Origin: Callorhinchus milii
Taxonomy: Eukaryota
Direction of reading: 5' to 3'
Length of the DNA stretch: 64,000 bases
Assembly: GCF_018977255.1 (NCBI RefSeq)
Contig: NW_024704757.1
Location: 6,262,001-6,326,000 of the forward strand
Positions 26,198-37,700 of the stretch are shown here, piece by piece (the stretch's first letter is position 1; every line of letters begins with the position of its first letter). Below the pieces are notes generated by a model. It saw only the letters and a program-made list of their open reading frames with translations. It ran no database searches and was not told the DNA's origin. The position numbers and the translations under genes were made by a program.

Positions 26198-26402
26198 CTG
26201 AAACTTCCGGAAAGCTAAGACTGGTGGACGCCTCAGAAAGCTCAGGGACCGACCCTCCTTTCTCCAGAACTCGCAGTCGCTCTCGCAGACTGCCGCACTC
26301 TTCCCTCAGTGCTTTCAGCTCTGCTGTACGCTCGTCCTTTGCCAGACTCCAGGGGTTCATGCTCATGTGAAGAACCTTTGTTTTGGTGGGATCGTAGTCT
26401 CC
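26198..26402 (-). CDS. MAD1L1: MAD1L1 exon with MAD2-interaction motif, GDYDPTKTKVLHMSMNPWSLAKDERTAELKALREECGSLRERLRVLEKGGSVPELSEASTSLSFPEVS, phase 0 to 1
   Basis: Lies inside ORF 26184..26447. Acceptor ttctcccctctttcag, 205 nt, donor GTATAT. Matches human GDYDQSRTKVLHMSLNP, the MAD2-binding motif. Confidence 0.97.
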
Positions 26403-26577
26403 CTGAAAGAGGGGAGAACTTTGATTAACATTGCAACGGGTAAGCACACAAACCTATTGTCACTGCCAAGTGAAATGCTTCTGAGGTGAAGGTTATGTCG
26501 CCAAATGTGGGAAACCATTCTATTTTCTAGAACTAATACATTGACAAGCTATGTGGTTTTAGCTGGTTAGACTCCAA

Positions 26578-26842
26578 CATTGTGCCATTGGTTAAAAGAT
26601 GCACAAACGTTGAGCCAATTCTCTTGGGGACACCAAGCCTTCACTCTTGCAAACCTGCGCTTAATACTTTCTGCAATTAGGTAAGCAGGATACGTCCCTC
26701 CAGGGAGAGAGAGCGCATTCCATTCCAACAATCTACCTCTGGGATTTCCATGTGTAGGTGGGATGCCTGGAATTCTCAGTTTGGTTTGGATACTCTTAAG
26801 CCCAGTGATGGGTTTCCACATCTGTCAGTCAGCTGGCTGACC
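26578..26842. repeat. Unclassified dispersed repeat, longest copy
   Basis: Left part matches 27692-27729. Right part matches 28480-28651 and, inverted, 55916-55984. Confidence 0.7.
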
Positions 26843-28479
26843 ACATAAAAACAAGACAGTCCATTTGATCTTACCCTTCCAGAGTACAGCCTCTGCAGAC
26901 TACCCTACCAACACCTACCTCGGCCACTGTGTGCAAATTAGATGAAGACCTTTGTTAAAACGTGCCATCCTAATAAATAGCTGCACATATTTAGCAAGTC
27001 ACTGTTCTGTCAGTGTTTAAATAAAGCTAGGTGTAGCCTAATCAGATGGTACTTCTCATGTACAGCATAAGCAGGTAATGAGGACTCGAAGGGCTAAAAG
27101 GGAGGCGTAAGAGGATGTTGGCTACAATTCCAAGATAATCTCTACTCTGTGCAGTAAGGGTCATTAAATTGCCGAGGCAAGAGAAGATCAAGAGCTCTTC
27201 CAATCAGATAACAGTATAGACATTAGTATTGTAAGACACTTTAAACTCACCTTCCCCCATTGGCATTAAGATTCAATATCCTTCCTTATGTGTTGTAAAT
27301 GAGCAATGATCTGACCAGCTAACTTTACAGAACTGGTGGTCAAAGTCATCAAACATTATCTAGCAGCATCATTTACAGGGCAAGTTACTTTGTTATTCTC
27401 AGATCCCCCGGGTCATTTTATAAGCAGTTTTATTTCCAATGAAGAGAATTCACAGTAATTATGTCCTTTACAGGAATGCTATCTAGTCACAAATGCCTAA
27501 AGAAATAGGTTTTGGCAGTCATAATCAAATTCCCAGCTGACACAATTCCAGAGCACAAAATTGCCCTCAAATTCAGCGTTTAGTGTTAAGCCTCGTTTTC
27601 TGGCTCATTGTAGCCAGGAGAGCAAAGAAAATGAGGGGGGAAGAGAATCAAAGGCGTACCAGGATGGATCCGACCTAGGACGTGGTTGATTCATTGTGTC
27701 ATTAGTTGAAAAGATGCACAAACTTTGAGTCCGCTTCACCGCGCGCTTTTCCTCTACTTGGATCTGCACTAACTTGTATTTCTGTTCAGTTGCTAACACC
27801 CTCAATGAACTACCATCTTGCAGACTTAAAATCTTAAAAACAGATCATCTTAAAAATAGTTCATAAAAGTGCTTCAACATAGAAAAGCCTGTGGCATTGA
27901 CCCAGACCATTTTCTAGTTCAATAAATCCAGCATTTTATTGCCTAAACACAACAAAAAGAAGAGTTTAAGACACCCATTCACAGGGAACACAGACTGTGA
28001 ACAGATATACCATTCCAATAGCGCATCCATGTGAGGCAGCCTTGATTCAGAAGGTCAACAAATTGAAATAAATCTGCCTCTTTTAATGACATCGCAATCA
28101 CCTTCCCAACATAAAGCTTCCCAGGACACAGGATTTGAGCACCCAATGTTCTGTTACTATTTGAAAACCGTACTTAAATAGATCACATTAAATTGTCATA
28201 GTTACTGGTTTTATAGAGCTCAGCATACCTGCCACGGAAAGGTAAGAAAGCAGACGGGCTGGGCTCTCTCGGGACATCACTGGCACGATGCAGAATCATC
28301 AGTATTAATTAGTTCGTGATAGCCAATTATTCAAAATTGTGAGGAATTAAAAAGCATCCAGTTCATGCAACGGATATGCAGAGAGCAGCAAAGTGCAGAC
28401 AGCACCTGCTGAGTAAAAACAGCATTAACAAGGCAATGCTTTCAGAGCTGACAGGCTATGGCGTCTTAGCATCAGGTAA

Positions 28480-28651
28480 ACAGGGTGCATCCTACCGGCA
28501 AGAGAGTGCCCATTCCCTTCCAAACACAGGGAATGTGTATATGTATATGTACACATTTCCATGTGTAGGTGGTATACATATTTGGAGCTCTCAGTCTGGT
28601 TTGGATACTCTTAAGCATGGTGATGGGTTTCCATATGTGTCTAGCTGACCA
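28480..28651. repeat. Unclassified dispersed repeat, second copy
   Basis: atttccatgtgtaggtgg...tctcagtctggtttggatactcttaagcatggtgatgggtttcca...gctgacca, shared with 26745-26842. Confidence 0.75.
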
Positions 28652-29000
28652 AAACAACAGTCAGCATAAGTACTGCATCAATACCAGTGGCATTGTGGCT
28701 ACAGATTAATGAGAAACTATTGATGGGTAGAAACATAGTGGTTACAATCCCTTAATTAAAATGATGAGCTTTTAGAAAATCATTTTCAATAAACGCGTGC
28801 TTCAACTTACCAAACTCATCATCAACAACAAAACAAATTTGTAAAGCGCCTTTCACATTCGGAGAACGTGCCAAGGCGTTTAGAACCAAAAAGCAAAAAT
28901 AGTCTAAAAATGTGTTGATGATGAAACTTTTTTACATCACAGAATCAGCATCCAGGAACAGGAAAGACACTAATCTGTTAACACAATGATAACAGATAAA

Positions 29001-29396
29001 AATAATCCTTGAATTCAATATTGTATCTTTTGCATCAGAAGGATGTCTCAAAGTTTTTTACTGTGAAGGGTAGTGACTGTATATTTTTGTAAGCAAACAC
29101 AGTAGCTATTTTGAGCACAGCAATGTTCCACATGAAGTGAATGACTAAGTTTATCTAGAAAGTTGTTTGCCACAATACTAGAGAAACACCACTCTCTTTT
29201 TGAATAGCAGCGTGGAATCTTTAACGTCCAACTGAATGGGCAGACAGGACCTCAGTTTCACATTTAATTCAAAGGATGGCACCTCCGACCATGCAGTGCA
29301 CCGTGCACGATATTGGATTGTCAGCCTAGACACTCAGCTCAAAATCCCACAACCTTCTGACTCAACGACAAGAGTCACACTACCGACTGAGGCATG
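29001..29396 (-). mobile_element. Full-length older DeuSINE (SacSINE1-like)
   Basis: Reverse-complement homology to 5347-5760: tgaatag...ggaatctttaacgtccaactga...gacaggacctcagttt...tgtcagcctaga...cccacaaccttctgactca. Confidence 0.78.
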
Positions 29397-31931
29397 CCAA
29401 CACTTAAATAAGTGCCATTTACTGATGGGAACTGCTGGATAGAACTGATTCTATCCTGGTTTCAATGTTGAATATATCAGAATTAGTGCAAGCTGCCTTA
29501 AAGGGGAAGAAACATAGGATTTCTTCTAGCATCTAAGAGATGTCTTCAGCAACAGTATCCCACATTATGTGGGAATGGGAGCAGAAAGAATATTTCATGT
29601 TGATTCATCTCACCCCACTGCCACAGTGATGTTCTTTATGGATCTGATTGAAAGTGGATGTAAAAGTAGATAGACTGTGTATGAAAAAATATTCCATGGG
29701 AGACGAGGAGTTTAATGTTGCTGGAGCGAGGGGAGGGGAAGCACAAAAAGAGATGTGGTCTAGGAAGGAAACTAGGGGTGCATATGAATGACATCATGCT
29801 TACTGTTAAAAAAAATTCTTAAGTTAAATAACTTTGATAGTTAACTTGTCCCTCTGTACTTCACTACATTATGTGTGGTTATGCAAGAGGGTCTGTGCGT
29901 TCCCAACTTGCGACTAACAGCATGTACAGCGCACAGCTCGTCAAGACTCTTCACATTGATTTGCACTGTGAGGAAAGAGACACATGAACTTGCTCGGTGA
30001 AACCTCACCTCAGAATGAATTAAGAGTACTAGTCTGATGAGCAGATTACTCAAGCTCCGGCTGTGACCAACTTTAAAAATTCAAAGTACATCCTGGCTTT
30101 TACAAAACATCCTATGTTTTTGCCTCTCCTTTGTATTCCATTTTCATAATCACTTAACTCTCTGTGGCAGCTAAAAGCCAAGCCCACGCCAGGTTCCAAT
30201 ACCAGTACGTAACTCTTGGTGCCAATGCCATCTGCTCTGTGTCTCTCCATTGTTTCACTTTAGTACAGGACTGTGTACAGAGCTTTCATACAGAATAATT
30301 ATAAGGCCAAAACCCAATTTAGAAGTTCAGGTATCATAAACCATAAATACAAAATAATCTGAGCCCCAGAGAGTGGTTTGCAATTTTTAATCGCTTTTTT
30401 TTAAAGGAATCTATTATTTGAAAACTAATGTAACTGCAAAAAAAGACAAAAGGAAAAAATAGCACAAGTCTTTAATACCAATGAATGAAGATTGACAATC
30501 TTGTCTGCAGTAGGTTAAAAAGATGTTCACTGTGAAGCATGAATGAGAGCAGTCAACGCAGGAATGTGTAGAAACTCTGACTCTGATGGCTCCTATGCAC
30601 TGTGGCAAACAGGTAGAAATGGTCCCAAAACCCTCTATTTTAGTGAAAACATATCTCTTTGATTGCATTTTTGGTGCTATTATCTCCTCCTCAGTTCCCT
30701 ACCTCAGTTCTGATGCCCAGCCAGAATTATCAAACAATTTGGGATATCTTCCCGACATAAAATGTTGGGTCTCAAGTCACTCAGAAAACTGCACTATTGT
30801 TATAATCAACAAATACATTGATCATTTTTGCTGCTCATTGATCATGTTATTGATCAAGCAAAATATACAGTATATTCTGTGAAGCGCTTTGAGACAACTC
30901 AAAGATGTGATAAGGCACTATATCAAATGCAAGGATTATTATTAGTAGTATTGCAAATGTCATAATCACCATCAGGACCCCACATATTGATTTGAAAATT
31001 GACAGGATTATCATTAACTTGAAAAATCTGTTGTTTTAGTGCTTCTCAATTTCTATTGTGAAAAAGGTCTCAAAGTTACTGAATCCAAAAACGTGAACAA
31101 GCTGAATAAACACACACGAGCGACTGCACCACATATAAATTTAGTCAAGAGGGTCGCTTTCTGAAACAGGCTCAAGATGCAGACAACACTCCAGCAGAAT
31201 GACCCTTGATTTTGCAAAGAATTCAATCGCTGCTAATCTATAGCAGAGCAAAATGCACTCAATGAACCATTCAGCTAACCTTTGCTTGGTAATGGGTTTT
31301 CCCGGTGTGCAAATGACACAAGAGGCAAATAGTCACCTCATCTTTCTGGTTATCTTTAGTCCAGTCACTGAGGAGAACAAGGCTGTAACTTCCCCAACAA
31401 CAGAGTATATTCTGCAATTCAGATTGAAATCAAAGAGAACAAAGTGGAAAGAACAGCGTGATCCTGTGACAAATGGAACAGATGACATTTTTAGAAGAAA
31501 ACTGGAATGTGGTCGGAGAATAGCTCTGGCACACAGAATGAGGCTGATCTACAAGCCAAAGAGTCTGCAATCTACATTAGGTGCCTTTCATGCTGAAACT
31601 ACAGGCATTGAAACCTGTAAGAAAAAATCTCACGTAACAAGATTTCAATCCTAGGATGAAGTAATGGAGGATAGTGCAAGCTCAGAAATAGGATATTTTT
31701 CTGCTTTTTTAAGTAAGTTAATATGAGATAAGCTTTTAAATTCTGGGCAGCAATACCACCTGATTGAAACCAATGTGTTCGAAGCTCAGTTACAAAAATT
31801 AAAAACCTCCAACACCTGAGGTTCCACTGGCACCTGAATCTAGAACAGCAACCTATTATTATTTCATTTACTTTTATTTCATTCTATTTTAGCACAATAA
31901 AGTGATGCTTGTCTTTGCCCTTTCTAGCTCC

Positions 31932-32234
31932 GACTTTCGAATGAGATGTTAAACTAAGGTTCCATCTGACTGTTCAGGTGGACTTCAAAGATTCCGTGGC
32001 ACTATTCGAAAAGAGAAGGGAGTTTCTCTCTCCCGGTGTCCTGGTCAACAATACCTCCCCAAAGTGGTCATTCACTCCATGGCTGTTTGTGGGACACAGC
32101 TGCATGCAAAAATTGATTACCACATTATGCCCACAAAATACAGAGTCAATCCACTTTGCAGTACATCCTGTGAAGCACTTTGAGATGTTCCAATGATGTG
32201 ATAAGGCGCTATATCAAATCCAAGGACTATTATT
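31932..32234 (+). mobile_element. DeuSINE core plus 3' tail
   Basis: atgagatgttaaactaagg...caggtggacttcaaagattccgtggcactattcgaa...cccggtgtcctggtcaa, then the shared SINE body and tail. Confidence 0.8.
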
Positions 32235-32237
32235 AAC

Positions 32238-32534
32238 TAGGGCTTCAGATTTTCAGTTTCAACCGAAAAGCCCAGATAAAATACCCCGATAAAAAAAATG
32301 AAATTGGTATCTATCCAATAAACACAAGAAATCCCTGTCCTGGTGAGGTTTTCTCTCTCGCTCGCTCTTGGGGGTGTCCTGCTCACTCTCTGCCTCTCCC
32401 TCCTCTCCAGGTGCATCTTCTCGGTAGAGTCACAAAAGCCCGGAAAAAAATGGATTGATACAAAACTGCTAAAAAAAAGCTAAAAATAATCACCAAAACA
32501 TAAAATTAATAAACCCCAAAAATTAGAAGCCCTA
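32238..32534. mobile_element. Non-autonomous DNA transposon (MITE), hAT-like termini
   Basis: Left end TAGGGCTTCAGATTTT. Right end reverse-complements to TAGGGCTTCTAATTTT (14/16 match). 297 bp, no ORF, no clean 8-bp TSD. Confidence 0.6.
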
Positions 32535-34132
32535 ACTATATCATATGAAGCACTTTGGGAGGGTCCTCTTGATGTGAAAGACACTGTACCAAGTGTAAGG
32601 ATTATTACTCATTTTATTATTTGACAATGTCTTGCCATTTGAACCTCACCAAAATTTGGCAAAGAATTACATTACCACTGAGTTCCATGCTAAAAAAAAG
32701 AGCGCAGTACTTTTAAGATGACCCATTTAGAGAATAGAATTGAACCCATCATTCCCACCGTCTAAATACCACAGTGGAGTGCCCTGCTGTTATCCAGTTA
32801 TGAGGATATAGAGTTCATGCTGATTTCACACTGTAAAACCATTCATAAACCAAATCTTACTCTCCATGAAAGTTACTGCCAATCATTGTACCATTCTTAC
32901 ACTTGACTTCAGAAAAAAATCGACAGAGTTAAGCAGCTTTGCAACAAGCAATTTCCCAGTTCAAAATGAAACTCTGAAGAGATAGGGTCTTGAACATTCC
33001 ATTCACTGAAAGCCACTCTCGAAATCCGCTGTAGCCAGACATTTGCTGTAGCCAGACAGCTGCCTTCTCTTTCTCTGAATTCATCGAACGAGATTATGAT
33101 CACAGTCACTCGTAATGTAAAAGGCATTAGGAATAAACATGCTTGGCAGAAATGGAATTCCTGAACTGTAAACTATACAGGCAGATTCTGCCTATCGACA
33201 TCATCAGCATAATCCTACATTTTAATTAACTTTTATATTACTAATGTTTGGCTCAAAAGATTAGGTTCCAGTTTTTCTTTTTCATTTACATACTTAAAGA
33301 GCAGCTTTTGCATAAATGTAATTACTGTACAATGAGTCATTTTGAATTGGATATCCTCTCTCCTTTTAGTGTACAAATCGGGAACAAGCTTTATCTCCCA
33401 TTCAGAATAGCTGAACAGTTAATGGAGTCCCTACAATTAAATAGCTCCTGTTGTGACGATGATATGAAGCTTGAAGTAGCACTGCTGTTTGAATTTCATT
33501 CAATGTTATTGCGTTCCTGTCTCGATTCAATTCCACTTAACACGTTTTACAATGGGTCAAATCTTCCACAAGTTAGATCGGTTACGGATTTTATACAGGT
33601 AATCCAGCAAACTGAATGCACTGCATGTCTCAATAATTTCCCATTTCATAATACTACAATGGGACACTCCACTATTCACTTCCATTGTACAGAATTCTGT
33701 TACGTGCACAACAATTACATGGGGATCTGAGAGCGAGCACAAAATGTCCTACAATTAGCTCTTTTAAATCCACACAGAAAATACAGTCAACTCCACTAGC
33801 AATTTTATGCTCAGAGAACAGCAGCACAATATAAAACTGTATGAAATATTTTTAAGTGGCTTTTGTTTAAAGATTTATTGAACTGCTGGATAAATAATTA
33901 ACCAGAGCATGGTACAAACTGGTAATCCTTATTCTCATAAAGCCTGTATTAGCAAAGAGGTTTTGTTTATTAGATCTCATCTTTGGACGTCCCTCTCAAT
34001 CTGAAAATCAAGTGTTCTTAAACTAAATATTCTATTCAGTCTCCCAGAGACTGAGGCAGTTCTCACTGCTCCCAAGAGAGGGTTCCCCAAACCATCTCAA
34101 TGACCTGAACAAACACATTATTTCACTCATAA

Positions 34133-34642
34133 AATAATAAAAGTAATTCTTGCACTTGATATCGCGCCTTATCATGTCTTCGAGACGTCACAAAGTGCTT
34201 CACAGAATAAACTGTAAAGTGAATTGAGTGTATATTTTGTGGGCGAAACGCAGTAGCCAATTGCGTACAGAATGTGCTTTCTAAAGGATAGAGGGATTAA
34301 GGGATAAAAGATAGGGCGGGTAAATGGAATTAGGTTAGAAGATCAGCCATGATCTTATTAAATGGCAGGGCAGGCAGGAGGGGCCGAATGGCCTACTCCA
34401 ACATCTTATGTCGCACAAACAGTCGTGGATTGAGTGAACAAATTATTTTTTGTTGTCAACGGATTATTACCCCTGGAAAAGTGATCCACCAATCGACTAA
34501 CAGCCGGGTTTCTACTTACTGCTAGGTAAACAGAGGCGTTTTGAATAAGGAAACTTGCCCAACGTTTCGCTGACCAGGAATCGAACCCAGGTCCTCTCGC
34601 TTGCAAGGCGAGTTCGCTAACCACTACTCTACAGGACTCCAC
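34133..34642 (-). mobile_element. Full-length long-linker SINE interrupted by a CR1 3' end
   Basis: Tail 34133-34276 and head/body 34411-34642 are collinear with the consensus across the insertion. Confidence 0.88.
34277..34410 (+). mobile_element. CR1 3' end nested in a SINE
   Basis: gggattaaggga...gggcgggtaaatggaatt...gatcagccatgatcttattaaatggc...ggggccgaatggcctactcc. Confidence 0.82.
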
Positions 34643-34647
34643 TAGGC

Positions 34648-34754
34648 TACAAAATACACAGTCAATCCACTTTACAGTATATCCTGTGAAGCTCTTTGAG
34701 ACGTCTCGACGACATGATGAGGCGCTATATCAAATGCAAGGATTATTATTATTA
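34648..34754 (+). mobile_element. SINE 3' tail
   Basis: cagtcaatccactttacagtatatcctgtgaagc...ggcgctatatcaaatgcaaggattattattatt. Confidence 0.85.
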
Positions 34755-37700
34755 ACTGATTCAATTGTAAGGGTGAAAAAAAGCAGATCCCATCAAAAAC
34801 TGGCAGCTGCCTCCAAAAAAGGGCACTACTCCTACAATTACTGGATGGCTCAAATCCAGACAATAGGATCCACTGGATCACACTGTTGCAACAGAACAAA
34901 TCTGCTGCCAATCTCTTCTCCACCCACCCCCCCAAATCATACTCCTTTCTACGTTCCTGCTGCCACCATCCTCTGGTCTGTGCCACCCTGAGTGAGCATG
35001 GAGGAATGTCAGTAGTTACGTCCCTATTTCCAGGGTACTGTCAGTGGTGTCACACATGTGGTGCAACCATTAGGTAAAACCTGCAGGCCTGGGAAGGAGC
35101 TTCAAATCTGAGAGCAATAAAGACATCCACAGACTCTCAAACCTTCATCAGTATATCACTATCTCAGGCCTGCTTTGGGCTTTGCCGAAACAAATAAGTT
35201 TACGATATTCTCAATCTGGACAGTTGGAATGAATCCTGTTCACAAACATTACAATCCAGGTCCCATTGTAACAAACAATCTGTTTCGCTCTGTGTCTTTG
35301 CATCACTCTATTCATCTCTTCAATCGCAAAATAAAACTGTTAAAAAGTAGGGCAGAAAGAAGAGAAAAACAGGGAGGGTGAAACAAACAAATACAGCGAG
35401 AAAGTGGGAGAGAGAATTCAAACTTTTCCTATAATTACTCATGTTTTCCATTTCAGTGGTTTCTATACACAGTCTCCCCCATGTGGTAACTAATTCTCTA
35501 TACACGAAAGTTACAACAAGCTTCTTAGAGGGAAAGGAACGTTGCAGAAAGGCAGTTTCAGAATACGTGGCATGAATGAAAGCTTAGAGGGTTTTAAACG
35601 AGGAATCTAGCTGTCTGAGGAAGCTGCTCTCTGACATGGCCTTTACATAATGGATGCCTTGAAGTAAAGAGAGAAATGTTTCTGGTCCCTGCGGTGCCGG
35701 TTACTCAGAGTTTCTACTTCACTGGCTTCCAGAGAAGTTATTAGAAGTTTTTGAAGTAGATGCTTTCTTTCTACATGGTTCTACAGGGGACTTATTAAAC
35801 GAGGCCTTTAGGGAATTTGTGCTTACCTCATAGACAGACACTAACTGCACTATTGGAGTGGATTTCCACACTCGTTGAGCACACAACCCGACTAGCCTTA
35901 ATAGCCTTTTCATTTGCATCTTGAATCTTAAATTTTCTTTGCTACATTCAAACTTTGGTTGTTTTTAATTAAAAAAAAGCACTTTTTGTGAAATGAATCC
36001 TGGGATTTTCCAAATATATTTTGAATATAATCATTACAAATTGAGAGGAGTGTAATAGATTACTATGCCTCCAACTGGGATAATAAAAATAAACCCCAAA
36101 TAATTAATTCTTTTTAAAGCACATTATCAAGTTGAAACAAGTAATTAAGTGTAGACATCCTCCAGATGTGAAAGATACTGTACAAATGTAAATTGTTTTG
36201 CAGTAACTTTGTGTAAGAATACACAGCAGCCTTTTAATAATAATCCTTCCATTTTATGCCAACGGTTCCACAACCAACCAAGAAATTAATGACCAATTGC
36301 TGTGGTGTAATCACAGTAGTTGAACGGCAAATGCATTGAGAACAGATCAAGGTCCAAAAGGTCAAGAGTGGTGTTACCAGAACCACCTCAAGATTTGTTC
36401 AAATGCAAAATATTGGCTTCTATCTTTCATTTTAATCACCTAATGTGTGGTACAGACTTCCAGCAAGAAAAGGTTGCAATTGGTTCTTGAATTGTATTCC
36501 ATTCATGCTACTGATCCTAATCACAACAGCTGCCTGAATGTTATCAGGCCACTCACTCATGGGATGTGATTTCAAGGCCCTTCACTGTGTCTACACATTC
36601 TCAACAGTAAAAAGCTTTAACACATGCTGGCAGTAAAAGGTCAATCGTAATACAGTGGAATCCTCGCTTGGCAAATGTCAAAACTAAAGTCAAGTATTTG
36701 ATGGTGAAACAAACCTCCATGTCTTTGAAGTATCTATAAATGGGAGAAATGTTTCTACCCATTTCACTGAGAAAACACTAGATAATGGATGGAAACAAAT
36801 CCAAACATGCCTCAGTCAATGGGCCCTAGCACCAAATCTATTAACAACAATGAGATGATTGTGTTAGTATCTGATATGCATTCACAAAGATCTGTGGAAA
36901 CAATGATCGGATGAAAAAGCTCCTGTCAACAAGAAATTTAAATAGGAATGAAAACATGAAAGAAAGTCCTTTTGAAGTACTTTCATCCTTTGATGAGTGA
37001 AAAAAATAGAAATCTTTACATTTAACGTTCTCCCTGCAGCCTGGCCTATTAATTTATACAACTCCAGTAGTGCCTCCATCAGCAAGCAGAATCCAAGTAG
37101 TGCTGCAAACTGACATCTCTTCCAACCCTCGCTCACTTTGCAATTTAGATCAGTCAGGACCAAAACTGGTGCACTTGCGCTGTATAAACAGAGTACTTAC
37201 CTCATTGAAGATGCTGAATGTAGCAACAAACGCGTAACACATTTCCATATTGCACTTCTCCCCTATGGAGTTGTCTAAACATAGTCCTAATCTGCAAATG
37301 TTAAGTGTGTGTAACATTAGATTGCACAGGCTATTATTTTACAACTTGAAATCAAAATTACATGTTAATCCAGTGATTAATCACTGATTTTATTGAGGGT
37401 TTTGTTCAAATAAAGTTAAAATTGTGTGGAATGTTTATCTGACACTGTTACCGTATTTAAACTGCAATATCAGACGCTGCAGTGATTTCAGCACCAGGAA
37501 TAGCAGCCAGCTGTAGACTGCCTGCAGTAAGCAGCCAAGCGCAATTGGTGTATCTAATGTGTTCCAACCACGGAAAACCACTGAGAAAGCAGCAGAATCT
37601 CAGAAATTCAGGAAACACAGAAATGACACAACATCCTTCTCGAATTGTTTGAGAGGCAGGAAGCAGAGTTAGGATAAAAGAGACGTTCTCTAACTTGCGA

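Noticed and set aside
29558-29574. Palindrome tcccacat-t-atgtggga
   Set aside because: An 8-bp stem is expected by chance in a window this size.
30034-30060. Other CTGATGA words as hammerhead cores (also near 2843, 4573, 18639)
   Set aside because: No stem II followed by GAAA.
33248-33730. 160-aa ORF (likewise 45465..45950 and 31253..31654)
   Set aside because: Composition is typical of random intronic ORFs, with no motif or splice support.
36651-36670. TACAGTGGAATCCTCG as a Tigger-like TIR
   Set aside because: Too short and no partner end found.
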